Positions 19,341 through 32,571 of a DNA stretch of 64,000 nucleotides are shown here, one piece after another. The translations under genes were made by a program, and so were the position numbers. The notes under the pieces were generated by a model. The model saw only the letters and a program-made list of their open reading frames with translations, did not search any database and was not told the origin of the DNA. How positions within the stretch are numbered: position 1 is the stretch's first letter; each line of letters opens with the position of its first letter. The DNA is taken from positions 61,855 through 125,854 of the forward strand of contig JBEPZX010000002.1 in the NCBI GenBank assembly GCA_041640635.1, read 5' to 3'. Source of the stretch: Aquificaceae bacterium (GTDB taxonomy: Bacteria > Aquificota > Aquificia > Aquificales > Aquificaceae).

Positions 19341-20462
19341 TTACATAAAAGCCATGCTAGCATAAGAAACCCTTGAGTCCCATTCAATATCATGGTGAAA
19401 CTTATAGTCTAAAAGTTTACCCTGTTTAACCCCCAGATTTTTTAGCACGTAATAAAAGAAAAGATTAGTAAACTGCCCATCTATTCGCGTGGAATTGTTA
19501 TCACTTACCAAAAGATCAAAGGCTTCCTCACCTTGCATCTTTTCGATAAGCTCAAGATACTTCATATCTCTGTAAGAGGTATCGTAACTGACCATATCAC
19601 CAAACCTTCTGCCTACATGACTCAAGTCTATACTGGATACAAACAGAACCTTTTCTTCTTTACCTTTTAGAGCTCTCAAGAAAGTATCCGCTGCACTTTT
19701 TAGAAATTCTTTATCTCCATACGAAATTATCATCGCAAGTACCTTTGCATTGGGATATAGGAGCTTTACGTACAAAGTTTGAAACTCTATGGAGTGCTCC
19801 TTTTCATAGGATAAAACATCGTGAGTGACATCAAAGGGATATAAAGCCTTTAGATTTTCTACCAAACTCGTGTCTGTTTCTAAGATTCCAAAAGGTGTTT
19901 GGAAATGACCGGGAAACACGGAAAAAGGCATTTGGTGCATATAATGGGAAACACCTAAAATAACAACGAGCTCCTTTTCTTCATTCAACCTTCCATATGC
20001 TTCCCAATAAACATCTTTGGCTACTCTTAAATCCATATGCGGGCATATGATCCCTACAGGTGAGATGCGTTTCTCTTTTTCACCTAAAACTAAAAACTCT
20101 TTGCATTCCTCTGGGTTACCGGGGTAACAAACATTTACGTGAGATGGTTCCCTGATGTTATTCCTTAGTAGTTTTTCCTTTCTTTTCTCAAAGGCTCTGA
20201 TGAAGTTCTCATCCTCCAACATGAGATTTTCTTTCAAAGAGTGAATAAATCTTTCTATTTCTTCGCGTGTTATCAACAATCCTGTTTTCTTAGTGAATTC
20301 AAGTCTTATTTGGTCAATATCCCTTGTTCCATCCATCAAAGAAAGGAGAAATAAGCCGTAGTCGCTTACAAAAATTTCTTTGCTTATTTGGTATGGGTCC
20401 ACTACCAAGTAACCATCTTTGAGAGCTTCTATACTAAGAGCTCTTAGTTTAGGCTTGACCAT
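19341..20462 (-). CDS. amrB: AmmeMemoRadiSam system protein B (MEMO1 family) with N-terminal extension
   Basis: CPH, LGVSH, FQTPFG, EHSIEFQ, SIDLSHVG, VSYAS. Confidence 0.85.
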   Translation of the reverse strand: MVKPKLRALSIEALKDGYLVVDPYQISKEIFVSDYGLFLLSLMDGTRDIDQIRLEFTKKTGLLITREEIERFIHSLKENLMLEDENFIRAFEKRKEKLLRNNIREPSHVNVCYPGNPEECKEFLVLGEKEKRISPVGIICPHMDLRVAKDVYWEAYGRLNEEKELVVILGVSHYMHQMPFSVFPGHFQTPFGILETDTSLVENLKALYPFDVTHDVLSYEKEHSIEFQTLYVKLLYPNAKVLAMIISYGDKEFLKSAADTFLRALKGKEEKVLFVSSIDLSHVGRRFGDMVSYDTSYRDMKYLELIEKMQGEEAFDLLVSDNNSTRIDGQFTNLFFYYVLKNLGVKQGKLLDYKFHHDIEWDSRVSYASMAFM

Positions 20463-20473
20463 ATATTAATAAT

Positions 20474-21193
20474 CTAATTTCTGCCTCTGTAGGTTCTATC
20501 CATAAACCTTAGGACTTCTCTCTCTTCGTCAGTGAGATCCCTATACGCTCTTATTCTGTCCGCATACTCCTTTGCTTTTTGAAAATCTCCAGTGTTTATG
20601 TATATTTTGGCAAGTGGTGCAAGTCCCAACCTTCCAGCTTGGTTGAGAAACAGCATGGATCTTCTCACTTCATTTAATTGGTAATACAAAAGTCCCATAG
20701 CATGGTAAGCATACTCTTTATTTAGCTTAACCTCGGTTATCTTATTTTCCATCCATCGTCTAGTTTCTCTGTCTCTTAAATCCATAACTGCGTAAATACC
20801 TCTAAAAAACCTACCATCTTTGTGGACATCAAAACATCTCTTGTATCTTTCAATTACATTCTTGGTTTTTAAATCATCTCTACATAGCTTTATGAGATTA
20901 TCAGGACTTATATGATGTCCGTAAACTGGTAATAAGCTTACATCTTGCGTGTACTTAATAAGCAAGTAAGAATAATACTCCTTTTGAGTATCCAACTGAG
21001 CCCTCTCCAAAAGATCTCTTATGTGAAGTTCTAGTAAAATGTCATACTTTCCACTTTTTATTGTTTCCTCTACAATTTTTTCCAAGTTTGTCTCCGTGGA
21101 CCTTTCTTCAAACTTTTTATCTATTATTCCTTTTAGTTCCTCATAGGCGAAAGCTAAATTAATTAGCGTGGATGCAAGCAAGATAAAAAACAT
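20474..21193 (-). CDS. Exported hypothetical protein with TPR-like C-terminus
   Basis: Signal peptide (AFA), helical repeats such as AYHAMGLLYYQ and LAKIYINTGDFQKAKEY. Confidence 0.6.
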   Translation of the reverse strand: MFFILLASTLINLAFAYEELKGIIDKKFEERSTETNLEKIVEETIKSGKYDILLELHIRDLLERAQLDTQKEYYSYLLIKYTQDVSLLPVYGHHISPDNLIKLCRDDLKTKNVIERYKRCFDVHKDGRFFRGIYAVMDLRDRETRRWMENKITEVKLNKEYAYHAMGLLYYQLNEVRRSMLFLNQAGRLGLAPLAKIYINTGDFQKAKEYADRIRAYRDLTDEEREVLRFMDRTYRGRN

Positions 21194-21195
21194 AC

Positions 21196-21825
21196 TTACT
21201 TGAATCTACGGGACAGCTCCTGCATTATTTGATCTATACCTATGCCACGTATTGTTAACATAAGAACAAGATGATAAAACATATCAGACAGTTCTGCCTT
21301 TATTTGATCGGGATCGTTGTTTTTTAGCGCTATAAGAGCCTCTATCGCTTCTTCTCCAAACTTCTGCAATATTCTATCTTCACCTTCCTTTAGCAGTTTT
21401 ACAGTATAGGAATTTTCCGGTTTTTCTTGTATTCGTTTTTCTATCACTTCTTGAAGTCTTGTTAATGTCTCAAAAGGCAAAGGTTTTTCTACTTCTTGTC
21501 CATCTATGCGTCTAAAGAAGCAATTCCTTTCCCCAGTGTGGCAAGCTCTGTTTTTTTCTTGTTCTACTATATAAAGGATTGCATCTTCGTCACAGTCCAC
21601 CCTTATTTCTATAACCTTTTGAAACTCTCCAGATGTTTCTCCCTTTTTCCAGACGGATTTTCTAGATCTTGAATAATAATGAGCATAGCCTGTCTGAAGC
21701 GTTTTCTCAAGAGCTTCCAAATTTGCCCAAGCAAACATTCTAATCTCACCCGTTCGGTAATCTTGAGCTATTACTGGAATTAAGCCTTCCGAGTTGAATT
21801 TCAAAAGAGAAAACAAATCACTCAT
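21196..21825 (-). CDS. hisIE: Bifunctional phosphoribosyl-AMP cyclohydrolase / phosphoribosyl-ATP pyrophosphatase
   Basis: WKKGETSG, DCDED, ACHTGERNCF, KFGEEAIE. Confidence 0.96.
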   Translation of the reverse strand: MSDLFSLLKFNSEGLIPVIAQDYRTGEIRMFAWANLEALEKTLQTGYAHYYSRSRKSVWKKGETSGEFQKVIEIRVDCDEDAILYIVEQEKNRACHTGERNCFFRRIDGQEVEKPLPFETLTRLQEVIEKRIQEKPENSYTVKLLKEGEDRILQKFGEEAIEALIALKNNDPDQIKAELSDMFYHLVLMLTIRGIGIDQIMQELSRRFK

Positions 21826-22495
21826 CTGGAAGACGCCAAAGTAAGACTATCTCTCCCTTAATTTCTCCCATGTTCTTTAAAGACTCGTAAACTTCACCAA
21901 GTTTTCCTCTTATGTATTCTTCGTGAACCTTTGTAAGCTCCCTCGCTATACAAACATTTACTTCTGGACCGTAAGAAGATAGCATACTAGATAAGCTTTT
22001 TACAATTCTATTGGGAGACTCAAAAGCTATCAGAGTTGTATTTTTGTAAGCTTTAACCTCTTCGAAGAATTTTTCTAATCCTTTTCTCGGCAAAAAGCCC
22101 AAGAAAGTAAATCTATCGGTAGGAAGACCAGAACCTACCAAGGCTGTTGTTACGGCACTTGGACCTGGCAAAACTTCCACTTGTATACCCTTTTGAATAC
22201 ACATACTTATGAGCTTATAGCCAGGATCGGAAATGGATGGCATGCCTGAGTCCGTAACTAATGCTATGTCTTCCTTTTCTAAGAGCTTTATTATTTTCGG
22301 TGCCTGTATACTTTCCTTTGGTTCATAGTAGGAAATAAGCTTTTTACCCTCTATTTGGTAATGATTTAAAAGAATACTTGTTCTACGTGTATCTTCGCAC
22401 GCTATGAAGTTAACGGATTTTAAGACCTCCAAAGCCCTCAACGTAATATCCCTTAAGTTACCTATAGGCGTAGCAACTACGTACAGTTTACCCAT
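21818..22495 (-). CDS. rsmI: 16S rRNA C1402 2'-O-methyltransferase
   Basis: VATPIGNL, CEDTR, GMPSISDPG, RELTKVHEE. Confidence 0.96.
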   Translation of the reverse strand: MGKLYVVATPIGNLRDITLRALEVLKSVNFIACEDTRRTSILLNHYQIEGKKLISYYEPKESIQAPKIIKLLEKEDIALVTDSGMPSISDPGYKLISMCIQKGIQVEVLPGPSAVTTALVGSGLPTDRFTFLGFLPRKGLEKFFEEVKAYKNTTLIAFESPNRIVKSLSSMLSSYGPEVNVCIARELTKVHEEYIRGKLGEVYESLKNMGEIKGEIVLLWRLPDE

Positions 22496-22496
22496 T

Positions 22497-23297
22497 TTAT
22501 TTCACCATAAAGAGAGGTATATCTAAATGATGCATCACAAACAGTGTGACGCTTCCCAAAAATAGCTCTTTGAGCTTACCTTTAGAAAAAGCTCCTATAG
22601 TAAGCATATCTATGTTCTCTTCTTTACAATATTGTACTATTTTTTCCTCAGGAATGCCCTTTAAATTTACGTACTTAACACCACTTTCTATATCCTTCGA
22701 TAAATCCCTGTCTCCCACGTAAAGGACTGAAAGATCCCATTGGAATCCATTACAAAGATCTTTTACTATAGTTAAAGCCTTTCTCGATAGATCCATACCA
22801 TCGTAAGCTACACAAACCTTCTTAATGTCTCTATACTCTTCAGAAACTATTAACACGCTACATTTGGCGATTCTTACCACCCTCTCCGCCGTGGATCCTA
22901 AAAACACACCTTCAACTGGTTTTTTCCCTTTCTTCCCAACAACTATTAAATCACCATCGTCCGCTTGTTCCGCTATGAGTTTATAAGGTACACCTGTAGC
23001 TTGGAAGGCTGATACCTTCACACCTCTGTTTCTGCCTAAACTCAAAAACTCATCCAAAACTGCATCTGCTTGGTTCTCTAGGAATTCCTTTACTTTTTGA
23101 GAGATACCTACGTAGTAAGTAAAACCAAGGACACCTGCCAAATCCTCCAAAAAACTCTCATCTATTACTCTTTCATCCACTATATAAGCACCTATAACTG
23201 GTATGGATAGAACACTGCCTAATTGAAAGGCGTATTCGCTCGCTGTCCACGAAGCTTTTGAACCATCAACACCAACGATGATTCTTTTAAACGTCAA
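22497..23297 (-). CDS. Tandem-domain universal stress protein
   Basis: IIVGVDGS, FLGSTAERVVR, second domain VAYDG...FLGSVT. Confidence 0.9.
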   Translation of the reverse strand: MTFKRIIVGVDGSKASWTASEYAFQLGSVLSIPVIGAYIVDERVIDESFLEDLAGVLGFTYYVGISQKVKEFLENQADAVLDEFLSLGRNRGVKVSAFQATGVPYKLIAEQADDGDLIVVGKKGKKPVEGVFLGSTAERVVRIAKCSVLIVSEEYRDIKKVCVAYDGMDLSRKALTIVKDLCNGFQWDLSVLYVGDRDLSKDIESGVKYVNLKGIPEEKIVQYCKEENIDMLTIGAFSKGKLKELFLGSVTLFVMHHLDIPLFMVK

Positions 23298-25656
23298 GAT
23301 TCTTTACCTCCCTCGCATAGGTGCTTATGAATTCCCTTCTAGGCTCCACATCTTCACCCATAAGTATGGAGAATATTCTATCCGCTTCTGCGGCATCCTC
23401 TACGGTTACCTTCAAAAGCCTTCTTGTGTTCGGGTTCATAGTGGTTTCCCAGAGTTGCTCCGGATTCATCTCACCAAGCCCCTTGTATCTCTGTATTTCT
23501 AAGGACTCTTTTATAAGCTCCATTAACGCATCAGATATATGGTATACGTCGTTTACCACCTTGCTTTTGCGTTCAAAGTAAACACTTACGGGAGTTTTTA
23601 CGGAAAGACCTGAGATTAACGATTTGTAACTCAAGGACGAAACAAAGTCCACGTCCACTATAGTTTTTCTATCTTTTTCTACAAAAACAATTTCGTAAGC
23701 ATCTTCGTAATTATCGTACTTCACATCTATGGTTACATTTTTGAGAAAACTTTCGAGCTCCCTCATCTTTTCCTGTAGCTTCTCTGTATCCCTTAAATCC
23801 TCCTCCACAAGCCTTACGTTTATCAATCCCTGAAGGATGTGTTCTCCCTTCTTCTTCGCAAAGGATTTGTAAGCATCCTCCAGTTCCTTTATATTTTTGA
23901 CAAGCTTAACGAGTTCCTCACCTACTATCTCCTGTCCGTCGGCTGTGATCAGTTTTGCCTGTTTGGCAAGTTCCAAGAGAAAGGATTCCAATTCCTTATC
24001 GTCCTTTAGGTAAAAGACGGATTTTCCTCTCTTTACCCTGTAAAGTGGCGGTTGAGCGATGTACAAATAACCATTTTCTATGAGTTTTGGCATATACCTG
24101 TAGAAGAAGGTGAGAAGAAGGGTTCTTATGTGGAGTCCATCTACATCAGCATCCGTCATTAGAATTATTTTGTGATAGCGTAGCTTAGAAAGATCCATAT
24201 CTTCGCCTATACCGGCTCCTAAGGAGCTCACGATAGCCTTTATCTCTTCGTTGGAGAATACTTTATCGAGTCTCGCTTTTTCCACATTTAAGATCTTTCC
24301 ACGCAGAGGAAGAATGGCTTGGTATCTTCTGTCACGACCTTGCTTTGCCGAGCCTCCGGCGGATTCCCCTTCCACGATGAAAATTTCGCACTTTTGTGGA
24401 TCCTTTTCGGAGCAATCTGCCAACTTACCGGGAAGTGTGGAATCCTCGAGTGGAGATTTTCTTCTTACCAGTTCCTTTGCCTTTTTTGCCGCCTCTCTTG
24501 CCAAAGCAGCTTCTATGGCTTTTTCGACAATTAACCTAAAGATGTCCCTGTTTCTATCGAAATAATCAGATAAGTATTCATAAACCACTGATTCTACTAT
24601 ATTTTTTACGTTTTGGTTTCCCAGTTTAGTTTTTGTTTGACCCTCAAACTGTGGTTCTGGTACTTTGCATGAAATCACAGCCACAAGACCTTCCCTTAGG
24701 TCTTCACCTGTAAAGGATTCTCTGAGCTCTTTTTGCAGCTTTATGTTGGGCAAGGCTTTCATAACGGCTTTTGTTAGACCGCTCCGGAAGCCTGTAACGT
24801 GCGTACCTCCTTCAACAGTCTTTATATTATTTACAAAGGATTCTACAGATTCTCTGTAATCTTTTGTATACATAAAGGCTACATCTACATTAACATCTTC
24901 CTTTTCTGAAGTTATACGAATGACCTGGTCAAAGAGCAAATCTTTTCCAGCGGAAAGGAACTTTGCTAACTCTTCTATACCCCTATCAAATTTGTATATA
25001 ACGTCTTTAGAAAATCTTTCATCTATTAAATGAAATGTGCACTCTGGATTGAGATAAGCAAGCTCTCTTACTCTTCTTTCAACTATATCGAACTTTATTT
25101 TTGTTGTCTCGAATATTTGACTATCTGGTTTAAAAGTTACCTTTGTCCCCCTTTTGCTCGTATTACCCACTTCCTTTAATGGATATAAAGGGTTACCTCT
25201 TTGGTATTCTTGCTTGTGTATTTTTCCATCTCTGTATACTTCGCATATTAACCACTCGGAAAGAGCATTTACAACAGATGCACCAACACCATGAAGACCA
25301 CCGGAGTACCTGTAAGCTTTTTTATCAAACTTCCCACCAGCTCCAAGCATGGTAAAAACCATTTCAACAGCTGGAATGCCTGTTTCTGGATGTACATCCG
25401 TTGGTATTCCTCTCCCATTATCCTCTATTGTTACGGATCCATCTACGTGAATTATTATGGTGATGCTATCGGCATAGCCTGCCATATGTTCATCAACTGC
25501 ATTATCGAGAATCTCCCATATGAGATGATGAAGACCCCTTTCTCCTATGTCACCAATATACATAGATGGCCTTAAACGGACATGTTCAAGACCAGTAACA
25601 GCTTTTATATCTGTGGCTTGGTATTCCTGACTGTTAATTTCGTACTGTTTTTCCAT
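23287..25656 (-). CDS. gyrB: Type IIA topoisomerase B subunit (DNA gyrase B)
   Basis: RPSMYIG, EILDNAVDE, GGLHGVG, EGESAGG, PLRGK, TDADVDG, QRYKGLGEM; long TOPRIM insert present. Confidence 0.95.
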   Translation of the reverse strand: MEKQYEINSQEYQATDIKAVTGLEHVRLRPSMYIGDIGERGLHHLIWEILDNAVDEHMAGYADSITIIIHVDGSVTIEDNGRGIPTDVHPETGIPAVEMVFTMLGAGGKFDKKAYRYSGGLHGVGASVVNALSEWLICEVYRDGKIHKQEYQRGNPLYPLKEVGNTSKRGTKVTFKPDSQIFETTKIKFDIVERRVRELAYLNPECTFHLIDERFSKDVIYKFDRGIEELAKFLSAGKDLLFDQVIRITSEKEDVNVDVAFMYTKDYRESVESFVNNIKTVEGGTHVTGFRSGLTKAVMKALPNIKLQKELRESFTGEDLREGLVAVISCKVPEPQFEGQTKTKLGNQNVKNIVESVVYEYLSDYFDRNRDIFRLIVEKAIEAALAREAAKKAKELVRRKSPLEDSTLPGKLADCSEKDPQKCEIFIVEGESAGGSAKQGRDRRYQAILPLRGKILNVEKARLDKVFSNEEIKAIVSSLGAGIGEDMDLSKLRYHKIILMTDADVDGLHIRTLLLTFFYRYMPKLIENGYLYIAQPPLYRVKRGKSVFYLKDDKELESFLLELAKQAKLITADGQEIVGEELVKLVKNIKELEDAYKSFAKKKGEHILQGLINVRLVEEDLRDTEKLQEKMRELESFLKNVTIDVKYDNYEDAYEIVFVEKDRKTIVDVDFVSSLSYKSLISGLSVKTPVSVYFERKSKVVNDVYHISDALMELIKESLEIQRYKGLGEMNPEQLWETTMNPNTRRLLKVTVEDAAEADRIFSILMGEDVEPRREFISTYAREVKNLDV

Positions 25657-25670
25657 AGCGTTTTTGAAAA

Positions 25671-25746
25671 CACCCCCAGCGGGATTTGAACCCGCGATCT
25701 CCGCCTTGAAAGGGCGGTGTCCTAGACCTGGCTAGACGATGGGGGC
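25671..25746 (-). tRNA. tRNA-Glu(TTC)
   Basis: Cloverleaf GCCCCCA...TGGGGGT-G, anticodon arm CCGCC-CTTTCAA-GGCGG, T loop TTCAAAT; CCA not encoded. Confidence 0.97.
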
Positions 25747-25759
25747 TAATACCTAAATT

Positions 25760-25789
25760 ATTATAAGCTAATATTTTTGCTTTTGTCAA
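25760..25789 (-). promoter_or_regulatory. Sigma70 promoter for tRNA-Glu (and probably gyrB)
   Basis: Minus strand TTGACA-18 nt-TATAAT with an AT-rich UP-like tract upstream. Confidence 0.75.
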
Positions 25790-25861
25790 GATCTTTATTT
25801 ATTTAATTTATTTAATATAGGAAAATAGCTAAACAAATTAGAGAAGCTAAGCCTCTTGAGT

Positions 25862-26818
25862 TTACACTAATAATTCAGCATACTCTCTGCTGAGATTGAA
25901 CATCCTCATAGCCAAGTCTGCATACTTGTTCTTATCCATAACCATCGGGTCTTTAAGCATAAAACTAAAAACCTTCCCTCTCACGTAAGCTCTGTAACAC
26001 TTAAAGAAGGGTAAAAGAATCTCAAAATGTGCGTCCTTGGAAAGCTCCCTATATCGCTCTTCGTAAATCTTGGACAGATGCCTTTTGCCCCAAAAATCCA
26101 ACTCCATAGACAAGAAGCACATATCGTTTATAACATCACCGCATCTGAATCTATCGTTAAACTCTATACAATCAAAAACGCACACACCATCGTCTAAAAA
26201 AGCCACATGCTCTAACCTTATGTCCCCGTGTCCATCAACTATCATGCCCTGGTCCTTTCGTTCTTGGAATACATAGCCGTACTTTTTATAGAAAGCTTCC
26301 GTTCTCTCCTTTATGAACTCATAGTCTTCCTTGCTTATTGTGAGGCTTATAAACTCCTGGGTTTGCTGAAAGTTCTCATCTGTGTTGTACTTCATCACCT
26401 GAAGATCTCCAAACTCGGGTCTTTTTTGTGCCCTTTGGTGAAAATTGTATATATGCGTAGCGAGTTTTTGAAGGTCTTCTTCCTTTACGCTGTCCAAAAG
26501 GTTTGAGAGGACTCTCTCTTGAGGTATTCTCCTCATCTTCACTGCATACTCTACCAAATTCTCATCGCTTTCCAAGAGGTAATCACCATCCACTTGGCTT
26601 ATGGGAACTACGCCCATGTATATCCGTGAGCACATGCGCTTGTTTAGCTCCACCTCCTTTTGGCAGTAATTGTGGCGTTTCTGTAGGGTTGAGTAATCCA
26701 AAAAGCCGAAGTTGACGGGTTTTTTAATTTTGTAAACCACCTCCTTTCCAATCAACACCCAGCTTGAGTGCGTTTGAACAAGCTCCGCTGAAAGTTTTTC
26801 CTTTAGTATTTCTATCAT
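25862..26818 (-). CDS. Stand-alone aminoglycoside-phosphotransferase-like kinase domain protein
   Basis: THSSWV, YKIKKPVNFGFLDYSTL, HGDIRLEHV, FDCIEFN; ATG at 26818 overlaps the mazG stop. Confidence 0.8.
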   Translation of the reverse strand: MIEILKEKLSAELVQTHSSWVLIGKEVVYKIKKPVNFGFLDYSTLQKRHNYCQKEVELNKRMCSRIYMGVVPISQVDGDYLLESDENLVEYAVKMRRIPQERVLSNLLDSVKEEDLQKLATHIYNFHQRAQKRPEFGDLQVMKYNTDENFQQTQEFISLTISKEDYEFIKERTEAFYKKYGYVFQERKDQGMIVDGHGDIRLEHVAFLDDGVCVFDCIEFNDRFRCGDVINDMCFLSMELDFWGKRHLSKIYEERYRELSKDAHFEILLPFFKCYRAYVRGKVFSFMLKDPMVMDKNKYADLAMRMFNLSREYAELLV

Positions 26819-27561
26819 CCCGCTATTTTCTTTGCCGTATTCCATAGCCGTTCCATCTCCTCCAGAGTCATTTCCTGAAGTTTTTTGTTTTCCTTCTTGG
26901 CCAACTCTTCCATCAATCTAAAGCGTTTTTCGAACCTGTCATTTGCCTGATTAAGAGCCAATTCAGCATCGATATTTATCAATCTTCCTATCTCTACGGC
27001 AGCCGTTAGTATATCACCCAACTCATGCTGTAGATTGTCTCTATCGCCGTTTTTTATGCTCTCCTTTAGCTCCTCTATCTCTTCGTAAAGCTTATCTATA
27101 GCTTGATACACGTTTTGGAAGTCAAAGCCAACTAAACTAGCTCTGTCTTGGAGTTTTTTTGATCTAAGCAACGCTGGCATACTTTTTGGGATGCCATCCA
27201 GTATACTCTCTCTGCTTTCTGACTTGGAGAGCTCCCAATTTTTCAAAACACTTTCGGCAGGTTCGTTTCCAAAAACATGAGGATGCCTGTGTATTAGCTT
27301 TTCACAAAGGCTGTTTATAACATCCTCTATGTTAAATTCCCCTCTTTCGCTCGCTATTTGAGAGTGAAACACCACTTGCAAAAGAACATCTCCTAGCTCT
27401 TCCTTTAACCTCTGAGGATCACCGGAATCTATGGCATCTATCAGCTCGTACACTTCCTCAAGTGCATGTTTTTTTAGACTTTCGTGCGTCTGCTTTCTAT
27501 CCCATGGACACTCCCGTCTTAACTTGCTAACTATCCCCATTAGTTTATCAAAGGCTTCCAC
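26815..27561 (-). CDS. mazG: Nucleoside triphosphate pyrophosphohydrolase MazG
   Basis: CPWDRKQT, EEVYE, EELGDVLLQ, RHPHVF, second ELGD domain. Confidence 0.96.
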   Translation of the reverse strand: MEAFDKLMGIVSKLRRECPWDRKQTHESLKKHALEEVYELIDAIDSGDPQRLKEELGDVLLQVVFHSQIASERGEFNIEDVINSLCEKLIHRHPHVFGNEPAESVLKNWELSKSESRESILDGIPKSMPALLRSKKLQDRASLVGFDFQNVYQAIDKLYEEIEELKESIKNGDRDNLQHELGDILTAAVEIGRLINIDAELALNQANDRFEKRFRLMEELAKKENKKLQEMTLEEMERLWNTAKKIAG

Positions 27562-27581
27562 AGAATAGATTATATTATTAA

Positions 27582-30191
<2,610 letters not shown>

Positions 30192-30211
30192 TAAGTTTTG
30201 GAGGTTGAAAG

Positions 30212-30397
30212 ATGAAAAAGGGAATACATCCAGAGCTCAAGCCAACAACCTTTGTTTGTGGGTGCTCCAACACCTTTACGCTGCTTTCTACCAAAGGTGG
30301 GACCGTTTACCTAGAGTCCTGCAACAAATGCCATCCATTTTACACGGGTAAGCTTAGGATAAAACCAGCTTACTTGGAGCTCCAAACCAAGGTATGA
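30212..30397 (+). CDS. rpmE: 50S ribosomal protein L31 (Zn-binding type)
   Basis: [20 protein letters not shown]. Confidence 0.96.
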   Translation: MKKGIHPELKPTTFVCGCSNTFTLLSTKGGTVYLESCNKCHPFYTGKLRIKPAYLELQTKV

Positions 30398-31470
30398 TAA
30401 ATAAAGACTTACTGGAGAAGTTAGAAGCTATAGAAAAAAAGTACATAGAACTCCAGGAAAAACTGAGCGACCCAGAGATAATAAAGGACAAAGAAGCCTT
30501 CACAAAACTAAACAAAGAACTGAAGGATCTAACGGATGTATACAAAGCTTACTCCGAGTATAAAAAACTGCTGAAAGATCTGGAGGACGCAAAGGAGCTT
30601 CTAAAGTCTAGTGAGTTCGAAGAACTTGCAAAGGAAGAAATAAAGAGTTTAGACAAAAAGATAGAGCAGCAAGAGAGAAACCTAAAGATTTTACTGCTTC
30701 CAAAGGACGATAGAGATTCGAGAAACGTCATACTGGAGATTAGAGCTGGCGTAGGTGGTGAAGAGGCAAGCCTTTTTGTGGCGGACCTGTTGAGTATGTA
30801 CCAAAAGTATGCGGAAAAGATGGGTTGGAAGTTTAGCATACTTAGCGCCAACAAAACAGGTTTAGGAGGATACAAAGAAGTTATAGCCTTGATAGAGGGT
30901 AGCGGTGCATACTCTAAGCTTAAGTTTGAGAGTGGTGTCCATAGGGTGCAGCGTGTGCCTGTAACAGAAGCCGGTGGCAGAATACACACATCCACGGCAA
31001 CGGTGGCGGTTTTAGCCGAAGCTGACGAAACGGACATTCACATAAACCCAGAGGACCTGAAAATAGAGACCTTTAGAGCTAGCGGAGCGGGTGGTCAGTA
31101 CGTAAATACTACAGAAAGTGCCGTAAGGATCACGCACCTACCGACAGGTATAGTGGTATCGTGCCAGGACGAGAGATCTCAGTTCCAAAACAGGCAAAAG
31201 GCTCTCAAGATTCTATATGCAAGACTCAAGGAGCATTACGAGAGCCAAAAACAGGAACAGTTAGCCAAAGAGAGAAAGCAGCAGGTCGGAACGGCAGAGA
31301 GAAGTGAGAAGATAAGAACCTACAACTTCCCGCAGGGGCGAGTCACAGACCACAGGGTGAACTTAACCCTTTACAAACTGCAACAGGTACTAGAAGGTGA
31401 TCTAGATGAGTTAATAAGTGCGCTCACTGAGCACGATATAGAAGAAAAACTTAAAGCACAGTTAGTGTAA
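30394..31470 (+). CDS. prfA: Peptide chain release factor 1
   Basis: PVT specificity motif, [17 protein letters not shown]. Confidence 0.97.
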   Translation: MINKDLLEKLEAIEKKYIELQEKLSDPEIIKDKEAFTKLNKELKDLTDVYKAYSEYKKLLKDLEDAKELLKSSEFEELAKEEIKSLDKKIEQQERNLKILLLPKDDRDSRNVILEIRAGVGGEEASLFVADLLSMYQKYAEKMGWKFSILSANKTGLGGYKEVIALIEGSGAYSKLKFESGVHRVQRVPVTEAGGRIHTSTATVAVLAEADETDIHINPEDLKIETFRASGAGGQYVNTTESAVRITHLPTGIVVSCQDERSQFQNRQKALKILYARLKEHYESQKQEQLAKERKQQVGTAERSEKIRTYNFPQGRVTDHRVNLTLYKLQQVLEGDLDELISALTEHDIEEKLKAQLV

Positions 31471-32571
31471 AATAATGTCCAGAAATAACTCTCTTAGTTT
31501 GTCCAAAACTCTTTCTTTCCCTAAGGTATTTCTTAACTGATTAAAGTCTTGAAGCATACGCTCTCTTATATGCTCGTCCAAAAGTATTTTCTTTGATTCT
31601 TCGTAAAGCTCTTGATCACTTAGCTGTATTACTTCAGGAATAGCTCCTTTGCCAAGAATAAGATTTGTAAGAGACACATACGGAACTTTAACTAATCTCT
31701 TACCTATCCAGTATGTTATAGGATTTACTCTGTAGTAAGTTACATGAGGACTACCCAATAAGCTGGCTTCTAAATCAGCTGTTCCACTAGCTACCAAAGA
31801 TAATTTGGCGTACGCCATCGCATCATAAGATGGTGTATTAATATCCTTTGGTGTTATAACTTTTATGGGTAAGCCTTTTGTGTTTTTTTCTATAAAAGCT
31901 CTAAATGTCTCAAAAGTTGGTATGACGGCTGGTAGCTCAAACTCCTTCCACAACCTTTTGTACGCTTCCTTTACATACTCAAGATGTCTTCTAATTTCTG
32001 ACCATCTACTTCCAGGCAGTATGGCAATATAGTTATCCATGCCTAAGAAATCTTTGAAGTCTTTTTCTTCTAAACTAGGTTTTGCTAAATCAACCAGTGG
32101 GTGACCTACAAAGTGAACATGGAAATTTTCTTTAGCATACTTTTTGTAAAACTCTACTTCAAAGGAAAAGAGAACTATCAAATGGTCTACATACCTTGCA
32201 ATAACTTCTGCCCTCTTTTCTTTCCATGCCCAAACTTGTGGCGATATAAAGTAGATAATTTTTTTTACTTTTCCCCTTGCTCTCTTCAAAAGAGGTATAT
32301 TTAAAGCTGGCGCATCACAAACAATTAAAATGTCAAACTCATTTATGTATCTCTCAAAGTCTCTATAAAATTTTAAAACCTTAGGAATTTTAGGTAATGC
32401 TTCCCATATACCTATCACAGAAAAATCTTCTAACTTCCCAAAACTCCTAAAACCTATAGATTCTAATGGCTCATCAGTTATGCCACAAAAATCTATACCT
32501 TTTACATCCTTGAAAATGTTATATAAGTAATTGCTTGCTGACCTTTCTGCTACAGATACAAAGACTTTCAT
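31462..32571 (-). CDS. lpxB: Lipid-A-disaccharide synthase
   Basis: [31 protein letters not shown]. Confidence 0.93.
   Translation of the reverse strand: MKVFVSVAERSASNYLYNIFKDVKGIDFCGITDEPLESIGFRSFGKLEDFSVIGIWEALPKIPKVLKFYRDFERYINEFDILIVCDAPALNIPLLKRARGKVKKIIYFISPQVWAWKEKRAEVIARYVDHLIVLFSFEVEFYKKYAKENFHVHFVGHPLVDLAKPSLEEKDFKDFLGMDNYIAILPGSRWSEIRRHLEYVKEAYKRLWKEFELPAVIPTFETFRAFIEKNTKGLPIKVITPKDINTPSYDAMAYAKLSLVASGTADLEASLLGSPHVTYYRVNPITYWIGKRLVKVPYVSLTNLILGKGAIPEVIQLSDQELYEESKKILLDEHIRERMLQDFNQLRNTLGKERVLDKLRELFLDIILH

Noticed and set aside
25671..25861. tRNA-Glu (and tRNA-Thr) as integration sites of an island
   Set aside because: Flanks are core genes; no integrase or duplicated tRNA 3' end was seen
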